Assembly (NCBI GenBank): GCA_040954595.2
Contig: CM082588.2
Coordinates: 1,293,935-1,357,934, forward strand
DNA from: Balanoglossus misakiensis
Lineage: Eukaryota > Animalia > Hemichordata
Length of the DNA: 64,000 nt
Reading direction: 5' to 3'
A program made the position numbers and the translations under genes. The notes under the pieces are model-generated. The model was given only the letters and a program-made list of their open reading frames with translations. It was not told where the DNA came from and searched no databases. This document shows positions 38,301 to 49,088 of this stretch, one piece after another (the first letter of the stretch is position 1; every line of letters starts with the position of its first letter).

Positions 38301-39935
38301 CTCTGTATCAACTCCGACACATCGCTATAAATCCTCTCCCGGTCTGACGTTTTATTGTCCAGTGTTCCCCTCTTCACTATCACAGCCACGGCCTGCAGGA
38401 TCTGCTCACGTACATAACTCTGCAAACTGTAAATCAAACACCAAAAATCCCCTCATCACATGATCAGCAATATTGAACCCACATCAGCTTTGGCAATAAA
38501 TTCCTGCCGAGAATCAGGATATTATAATTTCCAAAACATCTAGGTAAGTGCTGGGGCAATAACCTATTCCACATTTGCATAAGTAACTGTACACCTTCAA
38601 CTATGGCCCATAAAGAATACATACTGTGGCTTCTCCATGACATATCTGAGAAGAAACGTTCTCATGGACTCAACATCTGACTTGTCGATCAACATCCATT
38701 CTCTGGCCACAGCTTCCTTGATAGTAGACGCAGCTTGAAATAGTACGTAGTCAACTTTGGTGTTTTCTGGAGAAAAAGGAAACAATTAAAGAAGAAATTG
38801 GTATTGAAGGAATGTATGCAGTGATGTAATTTCTGGCTGTATCCACACACGACGGCAACAGGGATGGCAAACAGAGCTGTGTCCAGTGCTATGTTTCCAT
38901 CATGGCCTGTTACAGGGCCAGAAAATTTGATGACAGAAGCATAAAAAGCATCATTTGTGCCTACACTAGAAAAAGTCAGCTCCTGTCACAGCCTGTGTTC
39001 ACAGCAATTTGGAGGACTGTGTCGACTTACCGAGAATATGTTTGCAAGTAGCAAATGGTGACTTTGATTTCCTGAATGACAACAAAACATTCTCCGACTG
39101 GTGTCTCTGTTCAGAAGTAACCATGGTCGGTGGTGCCTGAAAAATAATGAATGCAAGGTTCATCAGTTACAGTTGGCCTGATCAAATACTATATTTCTTA
39201 CTTTAATATGTTGTTATCACCCACGCACAGATAGCTATAGCCTTTTGTTGGAAGTGGTCACCTATGGCTTGACTACCTCTCATTACATGTACTCCCAATA
39301 GTATATCTTTGATAAAACAGACTTGTACCACCGAGTTGTGCATGTAAGGGCTGCATATTGCTACCAGCTGTGGTTGACCGTGCACCCATCATGCCAAAAG
39401 CACTGACCGAGAGCAAAAGACAAGGTCTGATGTCTGATCTATCTGCAATGATTGAACACATCACCATCAACCCAGCAGCATCCGATGCAATCTTTGCAGC
39501 TAGGTCTGATCGTGGTAGGAAAATGAAATGTACATCGTATCATAATAATTCACATTATGGTGTACGATCTACATCATATTCATAGCACAGCGAGGACTAC
39601 TGTCGCCTAGTGTGCTAATCTTAGGGGCACCTTAAAAGGAACCTTATAAACGAAAATGAAATTGGAATTTGTGCCATACCACCCGTAAACATAATGCAAC
39701 AGTCTGATCTTTGTTTCAAACATTACTAACTTCATATGTTTACACCGGCGACCGGTGGTAGAATAAGATACGATCGATAGCCTTTATTTTACACAGGCGT
39801 ATGTTCTGTACTGATAGAAGGAAAATGATCATTTAAAAATATACTAATATATAAATATATAATTATACGACTCACCATAATGACTTGAGCGGCATTTTCA
39901 AGCTCAGTCTGAATTTCAGCAGCAGAGGCCGCCAT
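32303..39935 (-). CDS. XPO4: Exportin-4, >20 exons
   Basis: Starts [20 protein letters not shown]|[25 protein letters not shown]; also [69 protein letters not shown]; C-terminus [12 protein letters not shown] as in vertebrate XPO4. Confidence 0.96.
35949..36136 (-). other. GC-AG intron in XPO4
   Basis: Donor AG|GCAAGT at 36136, acceptor CAG at 35949; this join restores [17 protein letters not shown] in frame, whereas the nearest GT (+4) would shift the frame. Confidence 0.85.
37413..37529 (-). other. AT-AC minor-spliceosome (U12) intron in XPO4
   Basis: 5' site ATATCCTTT, branch site TGCCTTAACT ~10 nt before the terminal AC; removal gives [16 protein letters not shown] in frame. Confidence 0.92.
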
Positions 39936-40072
39936 GATGTTTCGCAGCTGTTTCGCTATGCATTCTGGTATACCATGAGGTCAAAGTTCATGTCGCCCGA
40001 TCACATATCACATGAAATCAACATATTGAAATCATGCCGTGGCCGAAAACGACACTACCCACTTTCTGTCAT

Positions 40073-40181
40073 TTTGCCGATCTCTGTGAAAACTACCAAT
40101 CTCTGAGAAAACTTGCCGATCTCTGTCAAAGCTAGCGACTCTGTAGAAACTTGCCGATCTCTGTCAACTCTGTCAAAAGTT
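40073..40181. repeat. Degenerate ~19-bp tandem repeat upstream of XPO4
   Basis: Recurring (CT)TGCCGATCTCTGT(C/G)AAA-like units, about 5-6 copies. Confidence 0.8.
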
Positions 40182-40585
40182 GACGTTCGTGAAGTTGGCC
40201 TCATCCTCATATTCGCGTGACACACTAAAGATTGTACTTTATTTTATTTTATTTTATTTCATTTTCTATTAATTGTGACAAAATCAGAGTGTTGAAATTC
40301 AACTTGTATTCACTTGTTGTTTCATGAAAACTTTGTTTTAATGTCATATGCGTGGGTCATAGGTCATACACGCTCAAAAATGAAAAATTCTTGATTATAT
40401 TAATTCTATACATACCGTATTTAGGCCTATTCCATGCGAATAGTACAGTCTCAATACGTTGTTAGGTGTTTCCTACTCACGCACGCACTCTCTCACTCAA
40501 AGTATTTCTACAAAAGTCGATGGAATTTTCCTTACAAATAAAAAAAATCATGCGCATCAATCGATCACTCGTGATAAATTACTTT

Positions 40586-42289
40586 CTATGTATTAAGGTT
40601 GAGCATTCTTGTCGCTTCTGTAGCCACCTCTTTGCGTTTAATTTTCCCTGTTCTGGTCAACGGAAATTTCTCGAAAAACAGGACATATTTGGGGTGTCTA
40701 AAAACATCATAAATCTTAGCGGTAAAGTAATTCAAAAATTCACTTTCTGTAGCCGATTGATGTTTGTGAAGAACAACACACACGCAAAGCTCTTCAAGAA
40801 AGTCTTCATCTGGGACACCGACGACTTGAACCTGTTTGATCTTTGGGTGCTGCTCAAATACCTGCTCCAATTCAGCAGGATATATGTTCTCCCCTCCCTT
40901 AAGAATCATGTCATCTTTTCGACCTAGAACCGTCAACACACCACTTTCATTCAGTTGCCCTACATCACCCGTAAGAAACCATCCATCTTCAGTCTTCACT
41001 CTCTTCGTTATATCTTCGTCACCCAAATATCTTTTGAAAAGAAACGGGCTTCGGAAGCATATTTCACCAGAGGTGTTGATCGGGGTTATTTGACCAGTTG
41101 TTAAGTCAGAAATCTTCAGTTCGCCATACGGTGCACACGAACCTGACGTCAATTCTCTCTCTTCTCGTACAGTGAATTTGTGGAGTGCAATAGTCCCACA
41201 CTCGGTGCTGGAGTAACAATGCTGTATATCACATAACAGTTTCTCCGATACGCTTTTTATGATCTTTGCATCTACACTACTCCCTGTGGATATTACATAC
41301 TTTAAGCTCCTGATGTTGAATTTCTCCATGTGCGGGTAATCGCGAATAGAAGTTAAATGATAAGGAAAAAGCATAAGTGCGTTGCCCTTTTCAGCTTTAA
41401 TCGCATGTAACATGCCTTCCAAACTAAGGGTATCCATAAAGACGATCGTAGCGCCAAGGGTCAGCATTGCCCCTTCAATAAAGGTGTGTGGACCAGAGGA
41501 GAGCTTTTCAGACTGTGTAACCACCAATCTCTCGGACTGCCTCATGTCTGCTACTGTCCGCCCATACCCGTATTCCATATGTAATGCCGCTGCTTGAGGA
41601 CGAATATGCGGTATACCGACTGCTTTCGGAAATCCTGTACTTCCAGATGTCAAAACAACCATCGCAATGGAGTCAAGATCTGTAGCAGTCTTTGCGTTTT
41701 GTAAGAGTTCTTTTGCTTCATCGTTATCTCCAAGGTTCTTTATGTCACAGAGCTGCGTAATGGATGGGTGTTCCAATGATGTCATTGAAATGATGTGCCG
41801 TAAAGTAGGAAACTCTTCCAGAGTGTTACCATCCCACATTCCAGTCTTGAAGTTCGGGATGACATCAACCAAAGCTTGCAGTGGGTCTATATGAGTTAGT
41901 CCAATCACAAGGGCTTGGCACTCCACCTTCTTCAACAAATGATGCACATGAGCTTTAGATGTGAGGGCTGGAATCCGCACAGATGTACACCCAGCCGTAA
42001 TGATAGCTAGATCAGTAACCAACCATTGATAATCGCCACGATCGTCTGACCAAAAAGCGACATAATCTCTTGGTTTCAGCCCAAACTTCAGTATTCCAGC
42101 AGCAAGCTCGTTGACATCTCTGTGAAGTTCACCAAATGTCTTCCTGGTCCCGTCTTCCAAAAAGACCAAGGCTTCTCTGTCAGGGAACTGATCTGCAGCA
42201 TCGTCTAGCAGATCAGCGACTGTTTTCCCTTGAAGAGGTGTTGCACATGTTTGATGGACGTAACTTCTTGTCAGTTTGCTCTGTGCCAT
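40586..42289 (-). CDS. ACSF2-like acyl-CoA synthetase (adenylate-forming enzyme), intronless CDS, copy 1, 567 aa
   Basis: N-terminus SYVH..PL.GKTV..FPDREALVF as in ACSF2; P-loop TSGSTGFPKA; YSSTE; GWFLTGD; GRKDDMILKGGENIYPAELE; FPLTRTGKIKR. Confidence 0.9.
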   Translation of the reverse strand: MAQSKLTRSYVHQTCATPLQGKTVADLLDDAADQFPDREALVFLEDGTRKTFGELHRDVNELAAGILKFGLKPRDYVAFWSDDRGDYQWLVTDLAIITAGCTSVRIPALTSKAHVHHLLKKVECQALVIGLTHIDPLQALVDVIPNFKTGMWDGNTLEEFPTLRHIISMTSLEHPSITQLCDIKNLGDNDEAKELLQNAKTATDLDSIAMVVLTSGSTGFPKAVGIPHIRPQAAALHMEYGYGRTVADMRQSERLVVTQSEKLSSGPHTFIEGAMLTLGATIVFMDTLSLEGMLHAIKAEKGNALMLFPYHLTSIRDYPHMEKFNIRSLKYVISTGSSVDAKIIKSVSEKLLCDIQHCYSSTECGTIALHKFTVREERELTSGSCAPYGELKISDLTTGQITPINTSGEICFRSPFLFKRYLGDEDITKRVKTEDGWFLTGDVGQLNESGVLTVLGRKDDMILKGGENIYPAELEQVFEQHPKIKQVQVVGVPDEDFLEELCVCVVLHKHQSATESEFLNYFTAKIYDVFRHPKYVLFFEKFPLTRTGKIKRKEVATEATRMLNLNT

Positions 42290-43046
42290 ATTGATGTTCC
42301 TGTGTTTCTGTTGAGAGAAGATAGAACAAACCTATTCTCGCAAATAAGCAATATATTTATGATCTGTTTAGACTTCACTTTTCCCAGGCAGTGTCTCTTC
42401 GAGACTGTCGCCTTCATTACTATGGCCTTATTGCGATTTGCTTATCAACTCTCGAATGGAGGACGTAGTCACTCTAACCACAAAAATGGCCTTGACACAT
42501 ACACACGCTGAAAAGGCACCATTCATTGGACGATCTATGTTGTCCTTATTAAAATCACGAACTAGTCGCAAGTGTACTGTTAATTATGATCAAGTGAAAA
42601 GGTACTTACAACTTTATCCAATACCTGTATACTGTAGACGTTGTTGAAGTAGCTCCTGCTGTGGTGTGTGGGTGACGAACGTAGGACAGCTCGAAAGTGA
42701 CGCCACACCCAAATAGTTTTGGTCCTACGGGTATATGTATGTGCGCATGTCCATTTTGTATTTGCGTGAGGTCGCCTGATGTATGGGCGACATGTAAGGC
42801 TTAATAAACGTGAAAAAATGTCTGTTTTATAATGGAGGACATTCTCGTGACACAGGACAAAAACACACGACACAAAAGTTAAAATTGTTGTAAAACTCTG
42901 TACCTATTACAGTTTAATACAAAGTTTGCATATTGGTTAAAAATGGACAGGTTCTCATTGAAGAAGACCATGAGATTTACATATATTCTGGTAATCCATT
43001 TTGTTTTAACTTCTTCGCAGGAAAAACGCCCGCTAAAAATTACTTT

Positions 43047-44750
43047 CTATGCATTAAGGTTCAACATTCTTGTCGCTTCTGTAGCCACCTCTTTGCGTTT
43101 AATTTTCCCTGTTCTGGTCAACGGAAATTTCTCGAAAAACAGGACATATTTGGGGTGTCTAACAACATCATAAATCTTAGCGGTAAAGTAATTCAAAAAT
43201 TCACTTTCTGTAGCCGATTGATGTTTGTGAAGAACAACACACACGCAAAGCTCTTCAAGAAAATCTTCATCTGGGACACCGACGACTTGAACCTGTTTGA
43301 TCTTTGGGTGCTGCTCAAATACCTGCTCCAATTCAGCAGGATATATGCTCACCCCTCTTTTGAGAATCATTTCATCTTTTCGACCTAGAACCGTCAACAC
43401 ACCACTTTCATTCAGTTGCCCTACATCACCCGTAAGAAACCATCCATCTTCAGTCTTCACTCTCTTCGTTATATCTTCGTCTCCCAAATATCTTTTGAAA
43501 AGAAACGGGCTTCGGAAGCATATTTCACCAGAGGTGTTGATCGGGGTTATTTGACCAGTTGTTAAGTCAGAAATCTTAAGTTCACCATACGGTGCACACG
43601 AACCTGACGTCAATTCTCTCTCTTCTCGTACAGTGAGTTTGCGGAGTGCAATAGTCCCACACTCGGTGCTGGAGTAACAATGCTGTATATCACAAGAAAG
43701 TTTCTCAGACGCCTTATTTATGATCGTTGCATCTACACAACTCCCTGTGTAGATTACATACTTCAAGCTTCTGATATCAAATTTCTCCATGTGCGGGTAA
43801 TCGCGGAGATATGTTAAGTCATTCAGATAAACCACCAATGTATTGCCCTTTTCAGCTTCTATTGCATGTAATGAGCCCTCCATACTGATGGTATCTCGAA
43901 AGACAATTGTTGCGCCAAGGGTCAGCATTGCCCCTTCAATAAAGGTATGTGAACCAGTGGAGAACTTTTCAGAATGTGTAACCACCAATCTCTCGGACTG
44001 CCTCATGTCTGCTACTGTCCTCCCATACCCGTATTCCATATGTAATGCCGCTGCTTGAGGACGAATATGCGGTATACCGACTGCTTTCGGAAATCCTGTA
44101 CTTCCAGATGTCAATACAACCATCGCAATGGAGTCAAGATCTGTAGCAGTCTTTGCGTTTTGTAAAAGTTCTTTTGCTTCATCGTTATCTCCAAGGTTCC
44201 TTATGTCACAGAGCTGCGTAATGGATGGGTGTTCCAATGATGTCATTGAAATGATGTGCCGTAAAGTAGGAAACTCTTCCAGAGTGTTTCCTTCCCATAT
44301 TCCAGTCTTGAAGTTCGGGATAACATCAACCAAAGCTTGCAGTGGGTCTATATGAGTTAGTCCAATCACAAGGGCTTGGCACTCCACCTTCTTCAACAAG
44401 TGACGCACATGTGCTGTAGATGTGAATGCAGGAATCCGCACAGATGTACACCCAGCCGTAATGATAGCAAGATCAGTAACCAACCATTGATAATTCTCAC
44501 GATCCTGTGCCCAGATAGCAATATTATCTCTTGGTTTCAGCCCAAACTTCAGTATTCCAGCAGCAAGCTCGTTGACATCTCTGTGAAGTTCACCAAATGT
44601 CTTCCTGGTCCCGTCTTCCAAAAAGACCAAGGCTTCTCTGTCAGGGAACTGATCTGCAGCATCGTCTAGCAGATCAGCGACTGTTTTCCCTTGAAGAGGT
44701 GTTGCACATGTTTGATGGACGTAACTTCTTGTCAGTTTGCTCTGTGCCAT
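43047..44750 (-). CDS. ACSF2-like acyl-CoA synthetase, intronless CDS, copy 2, 567 aa
   Basis: Direct tandem duplicate (offset 2461 bp) of 40586-42289 with the same motifs and an intact ORF. Confidence 0.9.
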   Translation of the reverse strand: MAQSKLTRSYVHQTCATPLQGKTVADLLDDAADQFPDREALVFLEDGTRKTFGELHRDVNELAAGILKFGLKPRDNIAIWAQDRENYQWLVTDLAIITAGCTSVRIPAFTSTAHVRHLLKKVECQALVIGLTHIDPLQALVDVIPNFKTGIWEGNTLEEFPTLRHIISMTSLEHPSITQLCDIRNLGDNDEAKELLQNAKTATDLDSIAMVVLTSGSTGFPKAVGIPHIRPQAAALHMEYGYGRTVADMRQSERLVVTHSEKFSTGSHTFIEGAMLTLGATIVFRDTISMEGSLHAIEAEKGNTLVVYLNDLTYLRDYPHMEKFDIRSLKYVIYTGSCVDATIINKASEKLSCDIQHCYSSTECGTIALRKLTVREERELTSGSCAPYGELKISDLTTGQITPINTSGEICFRSPFLFKRYLGDEDITKRVKTEDGWFLTGDVGQLNESGVLTVLGRKDEMILKRGVSIYPAELEQVFEQHPKIKQVQVVGVPDEDFLEELCVCVVLHKHQSATESEFLNYFTAKIYDVVRHPKYVLFFEKFPLTRTGKIKRKEVATEATRMLNLNA

Positions 44751-45600
44751 GTTGATGTTCCTGTGTTTCTGTTGAGAGAAGATAGGACGTTTGAAATGTT
44801 ACACGAAATCTCAATTTACAAACCTATTCTCGCAAGTAAGCAATATATTTCTGAGCTGTTGAGAGTGCCACGGGTGACTTCACTTTTCCCAGGCAGTGTC
44901 TCTCCGAGACTGTCGCCTTCATTACTCATGTATTGTGATAATGGCCTTATTGCAATTTGCTTATCAACTCTCGAATGGAGGAAGTATTTCGCTCTCACCA
45001 CAAAAATGGCTTTGACACATACACAAGCTGAAAAGGCACCATTCATTGGACGATCTAGGTTGTCCTTATTAAAATCACGAACTAGTCGCAAGTTTAATGT
45101 TAATTATGATCAAGTGAAAAGGTACTTACAACTTTATCCAATATCTGTATGCTGTAGACGTTGTTGAAGTAGCTCCTGTGGTGTGTGGGTGACGAACGTA
45201 GAACAGCTCGAAAGTGACGACACACCCAAATAGTTTTGGTCCTACGGGGTTATGTATGTGCGCATGTCCATTTTGTATTTGCGTGAGGTCGCCTGATGTA
45301 TGGGCGACATGCAAGGCTGAATAAACGTGAAAAAATGTCTGTATAATTGAGGACATTCTCGTGACACATGAAAAAAAACACGCACGACACACAAGTTAAA
45401 ATTGTTGTAAAACTCTGTACCTATTATAGTTTAATACAAAGTTTGCATATTGGTTAAAAATGGACAGGTTCTCATTGAAGAAGACCATGAGATTTAAATA
45501 TATTCTGGTAATCCATTTTGTTTTAATCTCTTCGGAGGAAAAACGCCCGCAAAGTCAGCTGTTGGTTAATTGATTGATTGATTGATTGATTAATTTCTTC

Positions 45601-45730
45601 AAAAGTCGATGGAATTTGTCCTACGAATCATGTGCATCAATCGATCACTTGTGATAAATTACTTTCTATGCATTAAGGTTGAGCATTCTTGTCGGAAGCA
45701 TATTTCACCAGAGGTGTTGATCGGGGTTAT
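45601..45730 (-). pseudogene. Relic of a third ACSF2-like copy with an internal deletion
   Basis: Matches the 3' flank and last codons of copy 1 (~40512-40614), then jumps to GGAAGCATATTTCACCAGAGGTGTTGATCGGGGTTAT (copy 1 ~41053-41089). Confidence 0.85.
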
Positions 45731-46037
45731 ATGAATATTAGTGAGCTCCATCTGCATTTATTCATTCAGGTCCAGCTGATCGTGGACATATCGCAACTCA
45801 TGATATCCTGTTCGAGCTGTAACTATTAATTATGAAGGTCGTGGAACCAAACTGGCTCACAGGCGTAAGTCGATTAAACTCCGCCTTACGGTAGCTACCT
45901 ATAAAGCCCCCCCCCCTCCCCCCCCCCATGTTCACAGAAAGCCAAATGTGCCCCCCGCCCCTGCTCAAATGGTTTTACCTTGTGACCTATCGAATGAGGT
46001 CACGGACTGCTAGGGATTGTGGGTAAAAGTTTTCAAT

Positions 46038-49000
46038 ATGGCTGCCATGCACTGGTTAGATCTTCTCGAAAAAGAATTCGACAAGGCGTTTGTTGACGTG
46101 GACTTGCTTCTGGGAGAGATTGACCCTGATCAATGTGAACTGACTTACGATGGAAGGCAGAAGATGACAGCCTTGAGCGCTGCTTTTGCTCAGCTCTGTC
46201 ACAAAGCTCAAACGATCTTCCAAAATAATGCCAAGTTGGAGGTGGGTGCGGAAATTATCAGTTTGTGACACGCAGGCAAACATTATTATTGTGATGTTGT
46301 AGCCGGTATCTTGATATAAATACACTTTATTCGTGTTAGTATTGCACTTTTACTACTCCTACACCCGTGACACAGTCTAGTAATAATTTGGAGCTCATGT
46401 CTTGTCCCATATCTATCTATCAATCAATCAATCATTGCATTGTAAGTGAATTTATTTCTCTCACCAGGCCCAGGTGATGAACCTGAGAACAGATCTGTGT
46501 GAAGTAAGGGCCACTAAGTCTGTCCTAGAGAAGGAATTACACAACCAGTTACTGCAGTTACACGCTGTACAGCTTCAGCTTCATGCCACGTCTGGACAAG
46601 TGGTGGACTCTGATTCTATCAAAGCTAAACTGGTATGTGCCTCACCGCCTCAGAATTTCACTCATCACCCTAACCATGCGGACAGGTGTGTGTGTTCCTA
46701 GCGTTACACAGCCTCCACCAAAGGCTGTGGTGGAGGCCATGTAACACTAGGAACACACAGACCTGTATGTAGGGCTACCATCACCCCACATGCGCGTAGC
46801 CTCATCGTATCCCCAGTTGATTCATTTGTGTTGAAAACTAGACATATTGTGTCAGTGTTTAGTTTCCATGCCCCCATCCAGTGATTTAAACATGTGTATT
46901 GGAACTAGGATAAAAGGGCTAATAAATTTTTGGATCACTTTTTATGAAGGAAAGTGAAATGGAGACATTTCAGAAGGACAACATGAAGGAGGCCATGTTG
47001 GACGCCGAAGTGAAAGAACTGAAGAAAGAGAATAGCGAATTACGCCAACAAATACTTGCATTGCAAGGAGAAGTGTACGGTGCCAGATTAGCTGCCAAAT
47101 ATCTGGATAAAGAGTTGGCAGGAAGGTGAGTAAAGTTGAGCTTTTGTCCCTATTGCAATGGTATCAGGATAGCTATTCCTTTGGATGTTAAAGGTATACG
47201 GTCACCTATACAAATTTAGCCACAGTTACCATGGTAAATCGAGATCTAACCAATCACAGATTTTCAGTGGGTGGCACACGCGAACATAAAGCGTTCTTTA
47301 GAACACTCAAATACGCCATTTCCACTATATATGTCGATATGTAAATTGGAGGTGACCGTATACCTTTAACCGCCCGGACTTTCTTCAAACCTGCTGCCTA
47401 GTGCTAGAGCTAGCATTTGGTTAAGGGTATGATGAGTGAACGTCCAATAGGTAACTGCCCCAACCAAAAACAGGGCTTGATGGTTTAAGTTCAGCTTTGT
47501 CTGTTTGTAACAGAATTCAACAGATACAGCTCCTTGGAAGAGATCTGCGGGGACCGGAGCATGATAAGCTGTGGAACCAGTTGGAAGCAGAGATACATTT
47601 ACACAGACACAAGACAGTCATCCGTGCTTGCAGAGGCAGAGTTCATTCCAGGAAGAGACTACCCCAGCCACCGGGACATGTGAGTTTCACTGAATAATCT
47701 TGTCATAATTTTTCACCAGACAAATTCATGTATTGCTTTCATATATGTACTTTTCAGTGTTTAATAGATGCACTGACACTGTATGACTTATTGTCTTCTG
47801 ACAGGCTGATGCTGCAAAGGTTAACAGAGGAATTGGCGAACTCAGAACTGTACACCTGGTGAAAGAACCAGATGAAGGACTTGGAATGTCGATTACAGTG
47901 AGTGAAATAACTCCGTTATTCCTCACCCTAAAACATTACTTTTCAGATAAAAAATAACACCATTCCTAGAGTTGTTTTGATATATCAGAGATTGCTTGAA
48001 AATTCCTTGCTGTTCATTTTCAGTGTATACAGTTGTGTGTTTGTGTTTTTTCAGGGAGGTAAAGAACATGGCGTACCAATTCTTATATCAGAGATCCACG
48101 AGGGACAGCCAGCAGATCGATGTAACGGTCTCTACATTGGCGATGCGATACTGTCTGTCAACGGTATAGATTTGAGGCACGCTAAGCACGCTGAAGCAGT
48201 TGATATACTCTCCAGACAGGTGAGAAGTCATGGTGATTCTGATGTGTACAAAAGCAGCTGTCTATCCGTTTCCATATCACACTTTGCATTGTGTACAGAG
48301 TGCTTCTTTGCAATTTGATGACAACCATGTACTCTAGTATGGGGACACACTGCAGGAAGGCTAATCTGGAATTCTGTGCCAATAGAAATCTCCAAGTTGA
48401 AGTACACAATTTCGACAATAGCTTCTGACCCTATTGACTTTGTGTTTCCATCCAACCAGACTGGCGAGATCACCCTGGATGTGCAATTTGTTGCCCCGGA
48501 TACAGACAGTGATGATGAGGAGGAAGAAGAGGAGTATGTGGATGATGGATCTGGTGTTAGGTAAGGATAATACAACTCTCCCCCCCCCCCTCCCATGTTG
48601 CAGTGTTCATACCAGAAATGCACATTTTGAAAAATGTAGAATACATGAAGATTACAGCTGTGGTAGATTGCCATAATTCTGTCATAGTCTAATGATCGGT
48701 TTATCGATGTTGTAGGTATGTCTACGGAGACCAAGAGGAGGAAGAAGAAGAGGAGGAGGAAGCAATGAGTGAAGTCGGAGACAATCACCAATACAACGGA
48801 AACGCGCCCAGCACGCCACCGCTTCACGAAGGAAGGGCAATCATACCACAACAAAACACATCTCCGATGAGAACCCCAAGCAACTCAGCGCCAGGAAGGG
48901 CACAGCAAGCGGGGTCGGCCGCAGAGTCGCCAAGACGGAGAGAGCTGCCGTCCGTGCCGAGGACCTCCATGAGTACACAGACACCCCCAGAGACTGTTGA

Positions 49001-49088
49001 ACCAATGACGATAGGACAGTTGAATCCCAGCGCGTTGCAGTTGGATCAGTCGCCACATGGTGCAAGGGAGCTGTTTGTCAGTCACTGA
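46038..49088 (+). CDS. GOPC: Golgi-associated PDZ and coiled-coil motif protein (PIST/CAL)
   Basis: Exons 46038-46241, 46468-46632, 46950-47125, 47514-47679, 47805-47897, 48055-48219, 48460-48560, 48716-49088. [54 protein letters not shown] domain [23 protein letters not shown]. Confidence 0.96.
46671..46777. mobile_element. 107-bp palindromic (fold-back) element in GOPC intron 2
   Basis: 39-bp inverted arms 46682-46720 and 46728-46766 (4 mismatches, 7-nt loop), extendable to TAACC...GGCTA termini; flanked by the 9-bp near-direct repeat TCATCACCC/CCATCACCC. Confidence 0.7.
47188..47369 (+). mobile_element. Kolobok/T2-type MITE (family B) in GOPC intron 3
   Basis: Perfect 20-bp inverted termini TTAAAGGTATACGGTCACCT...AGGTGACCGTATACCTTTAA including the TTAA target site. 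Confidence 0.85.

Noticed and set aside
42580-42873. Upstream coding exon extending ACSF2-like copy 1 in frame
   Set aside because: No ATG in that frame, and the equivalent region of copy 2 is shifted by a 2-bp deletion.
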